From Eledone cirrhosa (Eukaryota): a DNA stretch of 64,000 nucleotides. Below are positions 12,040 to 28,080 of this stretch, in pieces. The stretch spans positions 357,678,001-357,742,000 of the forward strand of contig OZ024743.1 of the NCBI GenBank assembly GCA_964016885.1. Reading direction: 5' to 3'. The position numbers and the translations under genes were made by a program. The notes beneath the pieces are model-generated. The model saw only the letters and a list, made by a program, of their open reading frames with translations. It did not search any database and was not told the origin of the DNA. Positions within the stretch are counted from its first letter, which is position 1, and each line of letters starts with the position of its first letter.

Positions 12040-14335
12040 TACTTTATGGAATGTTCTGTGGAATTTATGCAAGCAGAGAGAAAATAAATCAGTGCGTCTA
12101 TTTATTATAGAATTGAAATTAGATATAATGGTAAATTTCTCAGATAGGCAAAGATTACATGTTCTGGATAGGGAGGCATTCAAGTAGGGAGAGGCAGAAC
12201 AAACTTTCCTCCAAGAGATGTTATAGTTAATATTTTTGTCTTTGAAGGACCATATGAGAGTGCCGTGTTAGTTCTTTTAAGTTGGTATTTAAAAGACGAA
12301 TTGTGATTATAAAATCTAGCTTTGAAGGAGGTGGAAGTGGAACCGAAATAGGTAAAGGAATTGGTATCAGTTATAACCTTACATTCATAGACTAAGTTCT
12401 TTTCAAGACAATGGTTATTGAGAGGACATTTAGTTCTAACAGGGCAATTACAATTGCGATTAGAGAAATTAACAGAGTTATTAACAAGTGACCTAGTGTT
12501 ATTTATAGGAGGAATTGGATTGGAGAAGTTATTTACGATAGGAATAATAGTTTCCTGATTTAGATTGGTATTATGAACATTCAACGAAGTTACGTTTGAC
12601 GTCGTATTTGAGTTTGCAGAATCTAGCCTAGAGTTAACAATGACGTCGGGAGTACTACTGCTATTATTATGGAACTCAGTGTTGGAAGGATGTGATTTAA
12701 TATTTAATATTTTCTTGTTGTGTTTAGAGATAATGTTAGAGATGTTGGAGGAGGTGGAATAGGAAAATTTTATTGTATGTTTGTTAAAGATTTTACTATA
12801 GATATGTGAGGGAGGGAAGCATTTATCTAAGGCCCTAAAGAATAGTTTAGGAATATTATTATTAATAGAAATAGAGAAAGGAGCATTATACCAGATTATA
12901 TTTTTGTATCTAGCTCTTTTATTTAAGTTATTGGAATGATCATAATTAATTATTTTACTGTAAGACCTTCTAGGATTGTTTTCCTTACTGTATTTAATTT
13001 TATCAGGATAACCGGCTTTAGAAAGCGCATTATTATAGTAATTGGCGTTAGCATCAAAGATATTTTTATTAGAGGATAGGTTTGATATTCTTTTTCCAAT
13101 ATTACTGACTATAGCATTTTTATGTTAGTGGGGTGGTTAGATTTAAAATTAACATAATTTAGATTCTCATTGTTTTTATGGTAAGGGTAATATAGGCCAG
13201 TGTCAAGATTAAGGGATATATCCAAGAAGTTAGCTAGTTTGACGTTGTTATCAAATTCGATTTTAAGGTTATGTTGCTTAAAGAGATCACGTATATTGTT
13301 CTTAATAATATTAAGGTTAACTAAATTGCAATTTAAGATAGTAATAAGTCCATCGTCACGATAAATTCCACCGCGAAGTTGAGGAATTTTCCGATTTAAA
13401 GAATTCAAAATAAAAATACCAATCAAATCAGTCAATTGCGATGAATCGGAAGCACCCATTGTGATATCAAAGTTGTTGGAAGTATCGGCTCTAGTTCAGT
13501 ATTCATTGTTGAATTCTAAGATGGTTTTTCTTGCGGTAAGAATGATGTGAAGTTCATCTGTGGTGATGTCAGAATATTTAAATGCGAAAGATAGAGCATT
13601 GTTGAGAAGTGAAGGCGAAATAGAAGAATAGTAGCTGGCAATATCAAATTGAAAAAATTTTTGTTTGTTTTTCTTATTCAGGTTGTTGAATCATAAATTT
13701 AAGTTAGAAATAGAGCAATTAGAACGAACCTGTGGGATAAGCTATCCAAGATAGCTTTACTAACAACACCCAGATCTGATTTAGAGGGGGCGATTAGTCT
13801 AACAGGTAGTTCCGTTCGAAAATTACTTTTATGATCCTTGAGATTTATCCTCGGAGTTCTTGGGAGGAATGGTTCGGCCTTTTTTTCAATGCCAAGTTTT
13901 GACATAATCTCAGAAGCTTCAAAGTTTATAGATTCCAAATTATCATGATTAGTTTTACGGTAGTTCTTCCTTAGTTCCTTAAGGATAAGGTTATTATAGT
14001 TATCCCTAGATACACCATATAAATTATTAGTTTTGTCGGAGGGGACTAAGACATTTTTAGAGGAATTAAGGTTTAAAATCGTATTCCTGAGATTTACAAG
14101 GTGCTCTTGTCCTCTGTAAGGGTTTCTCTTGAATTTAAGATTTCTTATAATATTAGTTAATTCTTCCTCGAACAGCACTAGATTTTTGTTGGAAGGAGGA
14201 TTTCTTCTAGAGTTAAATAAATGATCTAGAAAGTTATGTTCCTTAGTATAGAAATTTCCTTTTTGGCGCTGGTCGTGGAAAAAAGCTATCCATCTAAGCC
14301 TTCTCATAAGATCTTTTGATTTTATATTATTTATA
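12040..14335 (-). pseudogene. PLE RT + GIY-YIG endonuclease, frameshifted
   Basis: RRLRWIAFF, SDKTNNLY, KDHK..VRLIAPSKS, FDIASYYSSI, FDITMGASD, GIYRDDGL, NFLDISL, SNHP, CNC..CPLNNHC..LVY..YFGST..FKARFYNH, CNLCLSEK. Confidence 0.9.
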
Positions 14336-14414
14336 ATCCAGTCCTACAAACTGTAGAGTGCTACTTATCCGATATTTGCATTGCTTTATTGTGCTACAAT
14401 AAAACTCACCTCCT

Positions 14415-16680
<2,266 letters not shown>

Positions 16681-17539
16681 ATCTATCTGTCTAACTATCT
16701 ATCTAACTATCTACCTATCTAGCCATCTATCTATTTATCTATCCATCTTTTTTCTCTCAGTCTTATATATATATATTCCATTTTTTTTTTTTTCAGGCGA
16801 GTTTTAACGAAATAAGAAAAAAGTGATTGAGAAAGGAACCAAATTATAAATGAATAAATCTATCTTTGGAAAAGAAATGTATAAAATGTAAAAAAACTAT
16901 TTTTCTTTATATAGAAAATTTTTAAAACGATATACCTCCAGTTGTGGAAAGAAAAACGAGAGGGAAAAAATGCCGGATGCATTGCCAAAAAGATAAAATG
17001 AATTAACAAACAAAACCAAAAATTGAAATATTTCAGTATATATATATATATATATCTTTATACATTGAAATATATACATATTTCAATCTTTCTCTCTCTC
17101 TCCCTCTCTCTCTCTCTATATATATATATACATTTGTGTGTGTACGTGTACGTACATATACAAAACAAAATGAAAGAAACGGAATAAAATTTAAGAAAGA
17201 TTACCTTGCAGATTATTAGCGAAATAAAAACCGACAGGATATTATTTCAATACGAGGATGTTTATATATTCGTTGTGGTTGGGCACATATTTATTTTATA
17301 AAAAAAAAACAACTACATAATTCTACGGCTGCAGCCTGATGACGTCGGTCATCCCCATAGCAGTAATTGTTGTAGATCGATGGTTGTCTTTCTGGGAGAG
17401 CTGGGACGTTGTCGAATGTAATTCTTGCTTACCCTGTGCGGCATGAGTCTGGTAACTGATGCCGTTTGTGGGTTTGTGGGTAACGTTTGCTTGAATTTTT
17501 GGATAGCTATAGTTTGTTCTAAATCTATTGACGTTCAAG

Positions 17540-17607
17540 TACATACATACATACATACATACATACATACATACATACATACATACATACATACATACAT
17601 ACATACA

Positions 17608-17639
<32 letters not shown>

Positions 17640-17640
17640 C
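17540..17640. repeat. (TACA)n tract at the 5' junction of the Dong element
   Basis: Visible. Confidence 0.97.
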
Positions 17641-17890
17641 AGTCAACGCGATCAGTCGCATATTTTGGCGCGGGAGACTATTTATTAAATTTAAGATGAA
17701 TACTATCTCCGACAGTAATGCCACAACTACAGTCATGTTGAATAAATGGTTATTCTTCTAACTATATCTTCTGAAGACACCTTTTATTCGAATTCGTAGA
17801 GATATCCGACTAAATACATAATTCATTTTACAAGGATTTGCTACAAACAGCATGGCTTAACACAACATCAACAACAAAATTAAGGAAGTA

Positions 17891-20800
17891 TTGAAGACAA
17901 ACAACAAGAAAGGTAAACAAACTTTATTCAGTTGTAGCTACAGAAGAAACCGAAATTATAAATCACATTTCTCTTGGAGTTGCGAACTTAATGATTTATT
18001 TAATTGTTATAAAATGGCAAAAAACAATCCCTCCATTGGGTATATGAACAGAATGAAGCTATACTGGGACGAAATCCACCCAGAGCTAAATTATTTCACA
18101 GCGAAACAATTACGCCAACAAGCGACGTTTGATGAACGTAAAAATAAGAAAAATATTATTAATTGTAAGTCCCCCACAACAAACATGGGATCAACAACAC
18201 GTGCTACAGGTCGCCATGCTACTAGACTTCCTAGCAGCCAGGTCGAACAGCGCCTTGAAACAACTATGCCTGTAAGAAACTTGACACCACCTGTACCATC
18301 TAAGTCTACCTCGAATGCTGGGGAAAACACTATCGATAATGATAATAATCAAAAGTATAAACAATTGAAAATTTCCCTCAACGAAATCTTCCTGAGAGAA
18401 ATTAATTCATGTATAAATATCTCTCTTGCTGAACGTATTAAAACGACAATGTTTAATAAAAAACCAAATAATGAAATATTACGTGTTATTGGCGAAATAA
18501 GGGATGAATATTTACGACGGATAAAAACCCCAACATTTTGGCAAATCAACGCCTGTTTATATGCCTTAGCAACGACAGTGAAGCATTATCTTGGTGATAG
18601 CAGAGATATTAACAAGAACAGAACACCACCAAAAATACCATCATATATAACTAAAATAGAAAAAAAGATTGCTGACCTACGAAAAACCATAGGATATGTG
18701 ACAATGCTCCTTACATGCAAACAAACACAAAAAACCTCACTCCTCACCAACAAAGAGTGAAAAATAAAATAGAGACGATGTTTGGTAACAGTAGAACCAG
18801 AACTCTTCAATATAAGCTGATCACCCTCAAACAAGAATTGAGAGCTGTTAGCGAAAAACGCCGATACCCGAAGAAGGTAGATGAGAGAAAAGTGCTTAAT
18901 AAAAGATTCAGACGAAACCAAACATCAGTCTATAGAGATATGAAGAATAAAATAATTGTTTCTACTTTTGGCACAAGGCCAGCAATTTTCCCAGTGTATT
19001 ACTGGTACTTTATTTTATCGACCCCATAAGGATGAAAGGCAAAGTTAACCTCGGCGGGATTTGAACGCAGACAATAAAGGGCCGTAACTCTTTGCTTGCA
19101 AAGCATGGCGTCTGACCCTCTACGGATACTGCCAATCCACCGCTCTGAAGAACAAAATAATAAGTGTCACTGAGGCCCCATCCCAGAAAGACAGATTCCT
19201 TTTGGAGCAAAATATGGAGTGAAAAGAAGAATTTCAACCAAGATGCAGTGTGGCTAAGAGAAATCAAAAAGAACTATTGCTCCTACACTACAACAAAAAC
19301 ATACGAAATAAGTGAGGGTACCCTTGAGATTGTGATAGGAAAACTCCAGGATAAGAAAACACCAGGAAGAGACATGATTGTCGGCTACTGGTACAAAAAA
19401 CTGATATTCTATCGGAGGTATCTTACTGACCTCTACCAACAAGTTCTTAAGGGAGATACACTTATACCAGAATGGTTGACATTAGCACAAACATTACTGG
19501 TCCCCAAGAACAAAGACACCCACTTGGCAAAAAACTACCGATCAATTGCATGCCAGAAACTGATGTATAAGATGTATACAGTCTGCCTGAACCTATTCCT
19601 CCAAGATCACTGTGAAAATAATAACATCATTACAGATGAACAAGCAGCTGGAAAGAAAGGGGTTTGGGGATGTGCTGAACAACTCCTAATCAACAAAACT
19701 GCGATGTCGGAGGTGCGACAACTTAGGAGGAATATGGGTACAGTCTGGCTGGACTACAGGAAAGCTTTCGATTCTGTTCCCCACTCTTGTATGATAGAGG
19801 CCCTCCAACTTGCTAAAGTCCCAGACATTATTGTCAGAGCCATAGAGAGGCTGTCTTCTTTTTGGGCTACTATCCTAAGGTTAAAGACAGAGAGGGAGAA
19901 CTCTATTATCACTGATAAAATAAAATATCGCAGGGGTATATTTCAGGTGGTTAGTCTCTGTTTTATTATTCATCTTGTCAAATCCTTTGTCCTTTCTGCT
20001 CAAGAAATGTGAAGGATACATCATTGGCTCACAGGAGGACAGAAATACGAACCTAACCCATAATTTCTTTGTGGACGATCTGAAACTCTATGCCAAGAAC
20101 ATGGATGGGATGAAGAAAATCTTGACCTGGTTACAACGTTCTCAAAGGATATAGGAATGGAGTTTGGCCAAGATAAATGCTCATACATGACTAAAGCGGG
20201 GGAAAACAACAACCCAATCTAGCTACATTGTCATCAATGGCCTAACTGTTTCACCGATATCTGATGAGGACTGCTACAGATACCTGGGGAAAGATGAGAA
20301 CATATCCTATAATGGTATTTGTAATAAGGAACGCGTAACCAAGGAATATTACACCCGATTAAGAAAGATTTGGTCATCGGAACTCTCTGCACAAAACAAA
20401 ACAGTGGCTCACAATGTGTTTGCTGTGCCTGTCCTAACACCAACGTTTGGAATACTCAATTGGACGATAGACGAAATCCGAGCAATTGATGTTGGAACTC
20501 GAAAAATACTAAACAACACCGGAAACTTCCACATCAACAGTGACATAGACCGCCTTTACTTGAAACGTAAGCAGGGAGGCAGGGGCCTAACATCAGTCCA
20601 GACAGCATTTGAATGTCGCATCATATCTCTCCGACAACATCTACGAACCTCGAAGCGTAGGAGCCCGTCTCTCGAGCAAGTCTATCTGCATGAAACAAAT
20701 AAGATCATGAGAGTTCGGAAGGAACTCCTCGGGAGATATTCCCTGTGTGATAAACAAAAACTCACACCCAGGGAAGTCGCTCACCAGTATTGCAGTGAAT

Positions 20801-21600
20801 CCGTGGATGAAAAACTGCATGCTTAGCAGCAAGAAATCATGCATGGATATGTTGCCAGGAAGCTCCAGAGTGAGAGTAATATAGATAAGGAAAGTAGTCT
20901 ATCTTTGATCAACAACCGCTATATTGGCTCTCACTTTGAAGGATACACTTTTGCAATCCAAGAACAGAAGATTAACACGAAATACCTGATTCACAAAAAG
21001 AGATAGGGTTGCAGGCAAAACACCTAGATGTGATAACAAGTGCAGACTCTGCAGAACTAACATCGAGGATATCGCCCATGTCATGAGCAGCTGTCCAAAG
21101 ATGTCATCGCGGTACTATCTACCTATGAGGCATGATGTAGTGGCCAAAACACTGTACAATGCCGTTCGTAAAAAATATAGCCCCGATAATAAACACATTA
21201 AACACTACAGCAATGTGGAAGACATCCATGTACATAATATGAAAGAGTACTGGTGGAATGTTCCAGTAAAAACTCCAATAAAATGCAGGCATAACAGACC
21301 AGATATTATGATATGGGACAGGGAGAAGAAAGCATGCACAGTAGTGGAAATTAGCTGCCCAGCAGATGCCAATATAATATCAAAGATTAGCGAAAAATAG
21401 AATATTTATGCAGAACTGATGAGAAATTTGCAGATACTCCACCTGATTACATCTTCAGATTTATGTCTGTGATTATTGGAGCACTGGGGTACAAATCTTG
21501 AGAAGCTAGGCCTCACAGGAACAGAAAGAACACAACTAGTTAGGAAATTACAAGTACAATCCATTAATGGAACAGTAAAGATATGTAAAAATGTTGCATC
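17891..21600 (+). pseudogene. Dong ORF (RT-CCHC-RLE) broken by frameshifts, stops and a SINE
   Basis: ORF pieces 17891-18760, 18715-18955, 19164-20012, 20404-20826, 21083-21400, 21476-21600. Confidence 0.9.
18957..19145 (-). mobile_element. Full-length tRNA-derived SINE inserted in the Dong ORF with a ~16-bp TSD
   Basis: TGAAGAATAAAATAAT (18941) and TGAAGAACAAAATAAT (19146) flank the SINE. Confidence 0.92.
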
Positions 21601-21927
21601 TAATAACTGCATATACACATGTACAGATACAAAGCATATACACATACACACATACAACTCAAAACATCCACATCCACACATTCAATAACATCCATATCTA
21701 CACATGAAGGCATACATAATCTACCTAGTTGATGTTGTGTAAATTCCAATGAGAGAGTCTTGTGTCTATGTTAGAAAGCGACTCTCTCTCTATTGGAAAA
21801 AAAATTGTGAAATTATAAAACCAGAGGAACATACATACATGCATGCATACATACATACATACACACATACATACATGCATGCATACATACATACACACAT
21901 ACATACACACACACACACGCGCGCGCG

Positions 21928-21977
<50 letters not shown>

Positions 21978-22102
21978 CAAATAAAGATTCAGCGAGAATC
22001 GCATTTCGGCAGGCAGAAAAGGCAAAACGAAACGCAAAAAATAGTTAAAAACCAGAGCTAAACAATGTGTTAAGAAGCCGTGGTCAAGAAGACATTAACT
22101 AC

Positions 22103-22141
<39 letters not shown>

Positions 22142-22210
22142 ATTATTGAATAAAATGACACGAGGCCGGACTGATGAAGTTCGTTCAAAGTTTTATTGTT
22201 GCAAACACTA

Positions 22211-22399
22211 GCGGTGAATTGGCAGTATCGGTAGAGGGTCTGACGCCATGCTTTGTAGCAAAGAGTTACGGCCCTTTATGATCTGAGTTCAAATCCCGCC
22301 GAGGTTAACTTTACCTTTCATCCTTACGGGGTCGATAAAATAAAGTACCAGTAATACACTGGAATAATTGCTGGCCTTGTTCTAAAAATAGAAACAACT
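22211..22399 (+). mobile_element. tRNA-derived SINE (Nin/Deu domain)
   Basis: A box, B box GAGTTCAAATCC, core and tail intact. Confidence 0.9.
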
Positions 22400-22442
22400 A
22401 TATATATATATATATATAATTCAAATTAAAAGATATATGTAT

Positions 22443-22538
<96 letters not shown>

Positions 22539-22569
22539 TGAGACATATATCGTTTGAGATATATGAGAT

Positions 22570-22724
22570 ATAGCTACAAATAGCTGCGATATCTGGAATC
22601 TTCAAAATCTGTAAACCATTCTTACGATTCAAAAGGTGAACGCTTACACAGCAACTTCCTTTTCTTTACAACCTTGCCACCGGGTAGGTGGCTGGTCAAA
22701 AGTATAGTCGAAATTAAGAGAGAA
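22570..22724 (+). mobile_element. 3' end of another Dong-like family followed by (CATA)n
   Basis: LQIAAISGIFKICKPFLRFKR* plus a UTR matching the reverse complement of 62535-62670. Confidence 0.7.
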
Positions 22725-23180
22725 CATACATATATATACATACATACATACATATATACATACAAACAAATATCCATCCATCCATGCATCTATCCATACA
22801 TACATACACTCACATACATGCATACAGACAAACATACATACATACGTACATACATACATACATACATACATACATACATACATACATACATACATACATA
22901 CACAGAGAGCGATGCCATATGATAGTGATATTGTTTGGACAATCGTTTAATTCCATAATTCAGTCAGTAAGAGATCAAAGTCTGACATAACTTAGTGCAT
23001 TATAAGCTAGAGAAAATATCGCCATAACACCATTATTCAATTTATTAGAGACATTTTATAAAGAATATAGTTTCACAGGATCTGTCATTTATATCGGAAG
23101 CATGTGGCTTACTTTCAAGATTGACATGAATTCATGACTACTATGTAAATTGTTGTCCGGTATATTAGGAGTATATTATA

Positions 23181-24112
23181 TCTCTATATATAAAACTGAG
23201 GTTGTCTGTCTGTCTGTCTGTCTGTCTACTAAAACGGTCGGCACACATCTCCTCCTAAACCGTACGTTCAAATTTCGGTGAAATTGCTACACTTATAGAT
23301 GAAGGTCCGGCGGAGACATCGGTCAAAAAAATTTTCAAATCTACCTACGCTAAGTGCAAAAATCGAATTTGTAATGTATTGATTTTTCAGTTCAATGTAT
23401 AAATAGAAATGAGAGACGAGTTATTTCCCTTTAGATGGGGTTATTTGCTTATCTATTTATGTTACGTATAAACGACGCGTGCAAATGTACAAAAATACAC
23501 AAACAACTTTCGGGCCAGCAAAATTTTAACCTGCAAAATTCATGAGTTCGAAGTTTCAACATTAAGCTTCCATTTTGCTTCATTTCCATTAAAAAGTCTT
23601 TTAAAACAATATTTTTACTTGAAAACAAGCCTATTTGAATACACCATAAAACAAGCAAATATTTTGTAAAAAAAAAGCATTCATCTCGAATAAAGCCTTA
23701 TGAGATTTTCATTTAGAAGCATTGATTTTAAACGACAGACAGATAACGCCATTTTTTTTTTTTTTTTTTTTAATCATTTGCATCCAATTTCTTTGTTTCA
23801 AAATAACTGATAGTTTGGTTACGCTGATGTTTTCGCTGAGACAAGTGCTGCAGTGTTTACATTTTCGATTTGTTAATAGATTACCAGTGCAGTTTTTATC
23901 CCCAGCATCCTCTTTTGTTTTAACATTCGGGTTATGATTATGTTTTCTTAACTTCATAAGGCATACTGTTGGTTGAGGGAATATTAATCAAAAGTACAAC
24001 ATGAAAGTCTACACTGTAGACTCTACAGTTTTTAAGCCAAGAAAGGAACTTAACATTGTAACTTTAACACAGCTACTGAGCAACCCCGAGCAACGCCGAG
24101 CTTTACTGCTAG
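23181..24112 (+). mobile_element. Non-autonomous Helitron
   Basis: A|TC 5' start with TATATAAAA and (CTGT)n; 3' hairpin-like CCCGAGCAACGCCGAG then CTAG|T; no TSD. Confidence 0.75.
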
Positions 24113-24835
24113 TATAGCTATAAAATTGAACTAAACGGAGAATGAAACCAGTGTATAAGTGAGTATGCACGCAACAAGGCACCCACATACATAGCTTCAC
24201 ATCACGGCATATGATAATGTTATGAGATGAATACTTTTCTATTGATAATGATTTATTGTTGAACGTTGTTGTCACTGTTGCTGTTGTAATGGTCTGAATT
24301 GTTCCACCCTTTTTTTCTTGCTATTGTTTGTTTAGTTCCATTTTAACCCTGAATCGAACAAACCCACTATCTAAAACAACATTAAGTAATGTGTCATTCA
24401 TTCCGAAAAGGGTTTTGTTTGGGGGAACTTTGACTGCTATTTTTAGCAGGTCCAGTGACATCGTAGAGCATACCTCTACGAAGACGTTTCAGCAGCCATT
24501 GTCTCATTTAATATCAGGGCGATATTGACCAATACATTCTTCAACTTTTAAGACATAGTGTGATATGAGGGAAATTTGACTGCTAATTCTAGTGGGTGCA
24601 GTTATGATGTAAACATTCTTTAATGGCTCGTATAATTAATGTCTGAAATGTTATGTAAATAAATAGAAGCAATGATGCTGCATGGAAAACGTGATAATAT
24701 AAAAAACAGTCCACACCGGTATACGAAATACATTCGGATTACAGACCTACCAACCTTTAAAAACCCAAACGGAGAGTACCATGAAAAAAAGTATCCTAAA
24801 ATGGGGAGAAATGAGGCAAAATTGGGAGTTTTACA

Positions 24836-25019
24836 TAATTGTTTCTACTTTTGGCACAAGGCCAGCAATTAACAAGTGCAATACTGGTACTTTATTTTAT
24901 CGACCCCGTAAGGATGAAAGGCAAAGTCAACCTCGGCAGGATTTGAACTCAGATCGTAAAGGGACGTAACTATACTGGAAAGCATGGCGTCCGACCCTCT
25001 ACCGATACTGCCAATCCAC
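24836..25019 (-). mobile_element. tRNA-derived SINE
   Basis: Same family as 22211. Confidence 0.9.
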
Positions 25020-25158
25020 AATGAAAGCTATACACATTTTCACAAGAGAAGATATATATCTCTCACCCACCCCAAAGTGGGTGAGAGATGTCCCCGTCAG
25101 ACGGGGAGAGTTGACAGGTCTGGGATTATATAAAATGTATTTCAATGATTCTTCAAAT

Positions 25159-25205
25159 CACTACCCTGACGAGTTACGTAACCACGAAATAGATCTATCG
25201 ACAGT
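25159..25205 (+). ncRNA. Hammerhead-like motif with decayed stem I
   Basis: CTGACGA gttacgtaaccac GAAA TAGATCTA TC; palindromic stem III. Confidence 0.55.
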
Positions 25206-26069
25206 TAAGGAGAAAAACTAATTAGTCTCTCATAACTACGTTGATTAAATTTTAAAACTTTATGTGTTAACTCAACTTTTCAAAACTACTACTACTACTG
25301 CTACTAACACCACTCTCCACTTCTTCCTCTCTGTTTGTGTCTCTGCCCAACCTTTCACCTTCTTCAGTTTTTGCAGGCGACCTTGTAACCCACATACGAT
25401 TTTATGCACATTTCTAAAGAAAGTAACGCGTTGTGGTTTCCCACGAACCTTGAGGTAGCCGATTCCCACAAGAAAGAGAGACTGTGGGGAATAGATTGGT
25501 AAAGAGAGAAAGTAATGCCTCGGCGAGATTTGAAATTAGAGTGCAGAGAGTCGGAACAAATACTGCAAAGCATTCAATCCCATCCGAGGATCTAATAACG
25601 CAACCTTCGTGCTGTGCTTTGAAGAATTGGTTACTGGCCGTTAACACGTCAATTGTGATGCATTTTCTAATCGTCTCTTTCAAGTTATTCACTAGCTTCC
25701 CCTCTAATCAATATATTCTCTGTTGCAACTTTATTTTAATTCAATTTTATCAATTTTACTCTAATCATTTTCTTCAGGGCGTTCATTACGGTTCTCGGCG
25801 TCAACCGCCACCTAACAAGTTCGCCAATCCAATCTCTATGCTTTGTATGCCGAAAAAGACGCGTTCAGTTTCCAATAGCAAAGTCTCTGTCTATGGGTTT
25901 TACCTAAGTCGATTGTGAAGATTTGTTGTCTATAATCGACCAGGTAAAATGGGGAAATGATAATATAATAATGTGTGCCTTGGGAATAATACAAAAAACA
26001 GACAAGGATTAAAAAACATGCACAACGTACAAAAAATAACACTACTCTACTTTATGTAGAATATTGATC

Positions 26070-26642
26070 CTCTTTAGAACCACCAGAAATGTCTCCGCAT
26101 CTACTTCACTTTAAAGACCCATCATGTTATTGAGGAATTAGGAACCACCAAGGCTATGCAACGGCACTCGATTGGTTGTAAAACATATTTATCCACACGT
26201 GATTCAAGCCACCATTTCAACAGGATGTGGTAGGGGAGAGGATGTGTTCGTTCCAAGGATCCCTAATATCCCCACTGATATCCCATTTCGATTCAAACGA
26301 CTTCAATTTCCAGTGGGTCTTAGTTTTGCCATGACCATCAACAAATCACAAGGACAAACATATTCGGTTGCCGGTTTACATCTTAGAGAGCCTTGCTTCA
26401 CCCATAGTCAGCTTTACATTGGATATTCAAGAGTAGGAATTCAAAAAAACTTTATATCTATGCACCAGATGGAAAAACAACAAACATTGTTTATAAAAAA
26501 CATTATAAATTGCCCCAATTAATAAAGAAATCAAGGGGATTATCCTTTGGGGGTGACATGGTCTGACGTGGAATAAAAAATAATTTGAAATAAAGGCATA
26601 CTATTGTGATTATTGCCCGGCAACGACTGGCTACTCAGCTAG
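26070..26642 (+). mobile_element. Helitron 3' fragment with PIF1-like helicase C-terminus
   Basis: PIMLLRN..LCNGTRLVV, FKRLQFPV..AMTINKSQGQT, LYIGYSRV; ends in GCCCGGCAACGACTGGC..CTAG|T. Confidence 0.9.
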
Positions 26643-26695
<53 letters not shown>

Positions 26696-26712
26696 GCACA
26701 CACAAACAAACA

Positions 26713-26839
<127 letters not shown>

Positions 26840-27148
26840 CAGTGGGTGGACTTGATAATGTTTCCCCGAATGAAGAAATGACCAGGGTCAAAAACTTCTA
26901 CCTCTGACATTTAAATGATTTGATTCGATTCGAGAGGAAGACAAATTCGCTTGCTTCTTTTTCTTATCAGATCACATCCTCAACACAGCTGTGGGTGTCA
27001 TATTTGTGATGGCAGTGAATAGTTTGTGAGGATGTATATATAGGTTTGTATGTGTATGCGCTCTTTCCTCTTTCTCTCCTTCTATGTGTATAAGTGCATG
27101 TATTAGCGTGCATATGTATCTACACACACACACACCCAGCCACACAGC

Positions 27149-27247
<99 letters not shown>

Positions 27248-27694
27248 ACACACCCACACACACACACACATACACTTTATTTTGAAGAAACCTTTTAGAA
27301 GTATTGTATGAATAAAAATTAGGTTTAGAAATCGTTGACAACGTAAATTTATTTATTTATTTGGAATAGGTGACATTCTTTCAATACATCTTTGTTTTGG
27401 AATTATGGGCCCTTTAGCCAAGCTATATGAGGGGTATAAAATATAACAAAAAGATATAAACTTTGAACCTATTAAGTCAGATTCCAGCTTCGTACGAACT
27501 ACAGTTCAGTGAATTGGAATTTGTTGGTTGATAGAAACATCCGACTTTGCCCGGTGACAATATTGTGATGAAGAAAACTTCTCTTACGTTATGTATCGAG
27601 CGGGTCCACCTTTTTGATACCAACCTGCCAAAAACTGGCTCTGGTTCTATAAAACGAAACCACCCATTTTAAGGTTTATTATTAAATTAATTGA

Positions 27695-28080
27695 TTTGAC
27701 GCATAGAGTTACGGCCCTTGCCATTCTGAGTTCAAATCTCGCCGAGGTTAACTTTGCCTTTAATCCTTACGGGGGCGATAAAATAAAGTACCAGTAATGC
27801 GCTGTGATAATTGCTGGCCTTGTGCCAAAAGTAGAAACAATTATTAAATTAATTATTGAGGGCGGTGGATTGGCAGAATCCGTAGAGCGTCGGACAAAAT
27901 GCTTTGCAGTATTTAGTTATGGCCCTTTACATTCTGAGTTCAAATTCTGCCGAGGTTAACTTTGCCTTTCATCCTTATGGGGGTCGATAAAATAAGGTAC
28001 CAGTAATGCATTGGAGTCGATTTAGTCGATTTCCCATTCCCTTCAAATTGCTGGCCTTGTGCCAAATGTCGAAACAATTA
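27695..28080 (+). mobile_element. Two tandem tRNA-derived SINE copies
   Basis: Two B boxes, cores and tails. Confidence 0.88.

Larger units (their letters stand above)
10790..14335 (-). mobile_element. Penelope-like element (Naiad-like), slightly 5'-truncated, ending at (TA)n
   Basis: RT and C-terminal GIY-YIG ORF fragments followed by a long UTR with a hammerhead. Confidence 0.9.
17641..21829 (+). mobile_element. Near full-length, decayed R4/Dong-like LINE flanked by (CATA)n on both sides
   Basis: RT (PGRD, WLDYRKAFDSVPH, RGIFQ, FVDDLKL), zinc knuckle CRLC..HVMSSC, RLE nuclease RHD..HNRPDIMIWD..VEISCP. Confidence 0.93.

Noticed and set aside
17336-17420. CTGATGA hammerhead candidate
   Set aside because: No GAAA or stem III at a compatible position.
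22171-22210. CTGATGA hammerhead candidate
   Set aside because: No stem II or GAAA; interrupted by a SINE.
22211-22285. tRNA gene
   Set aside because: A and B boxes belong to a SINE head; no cloverleaf.
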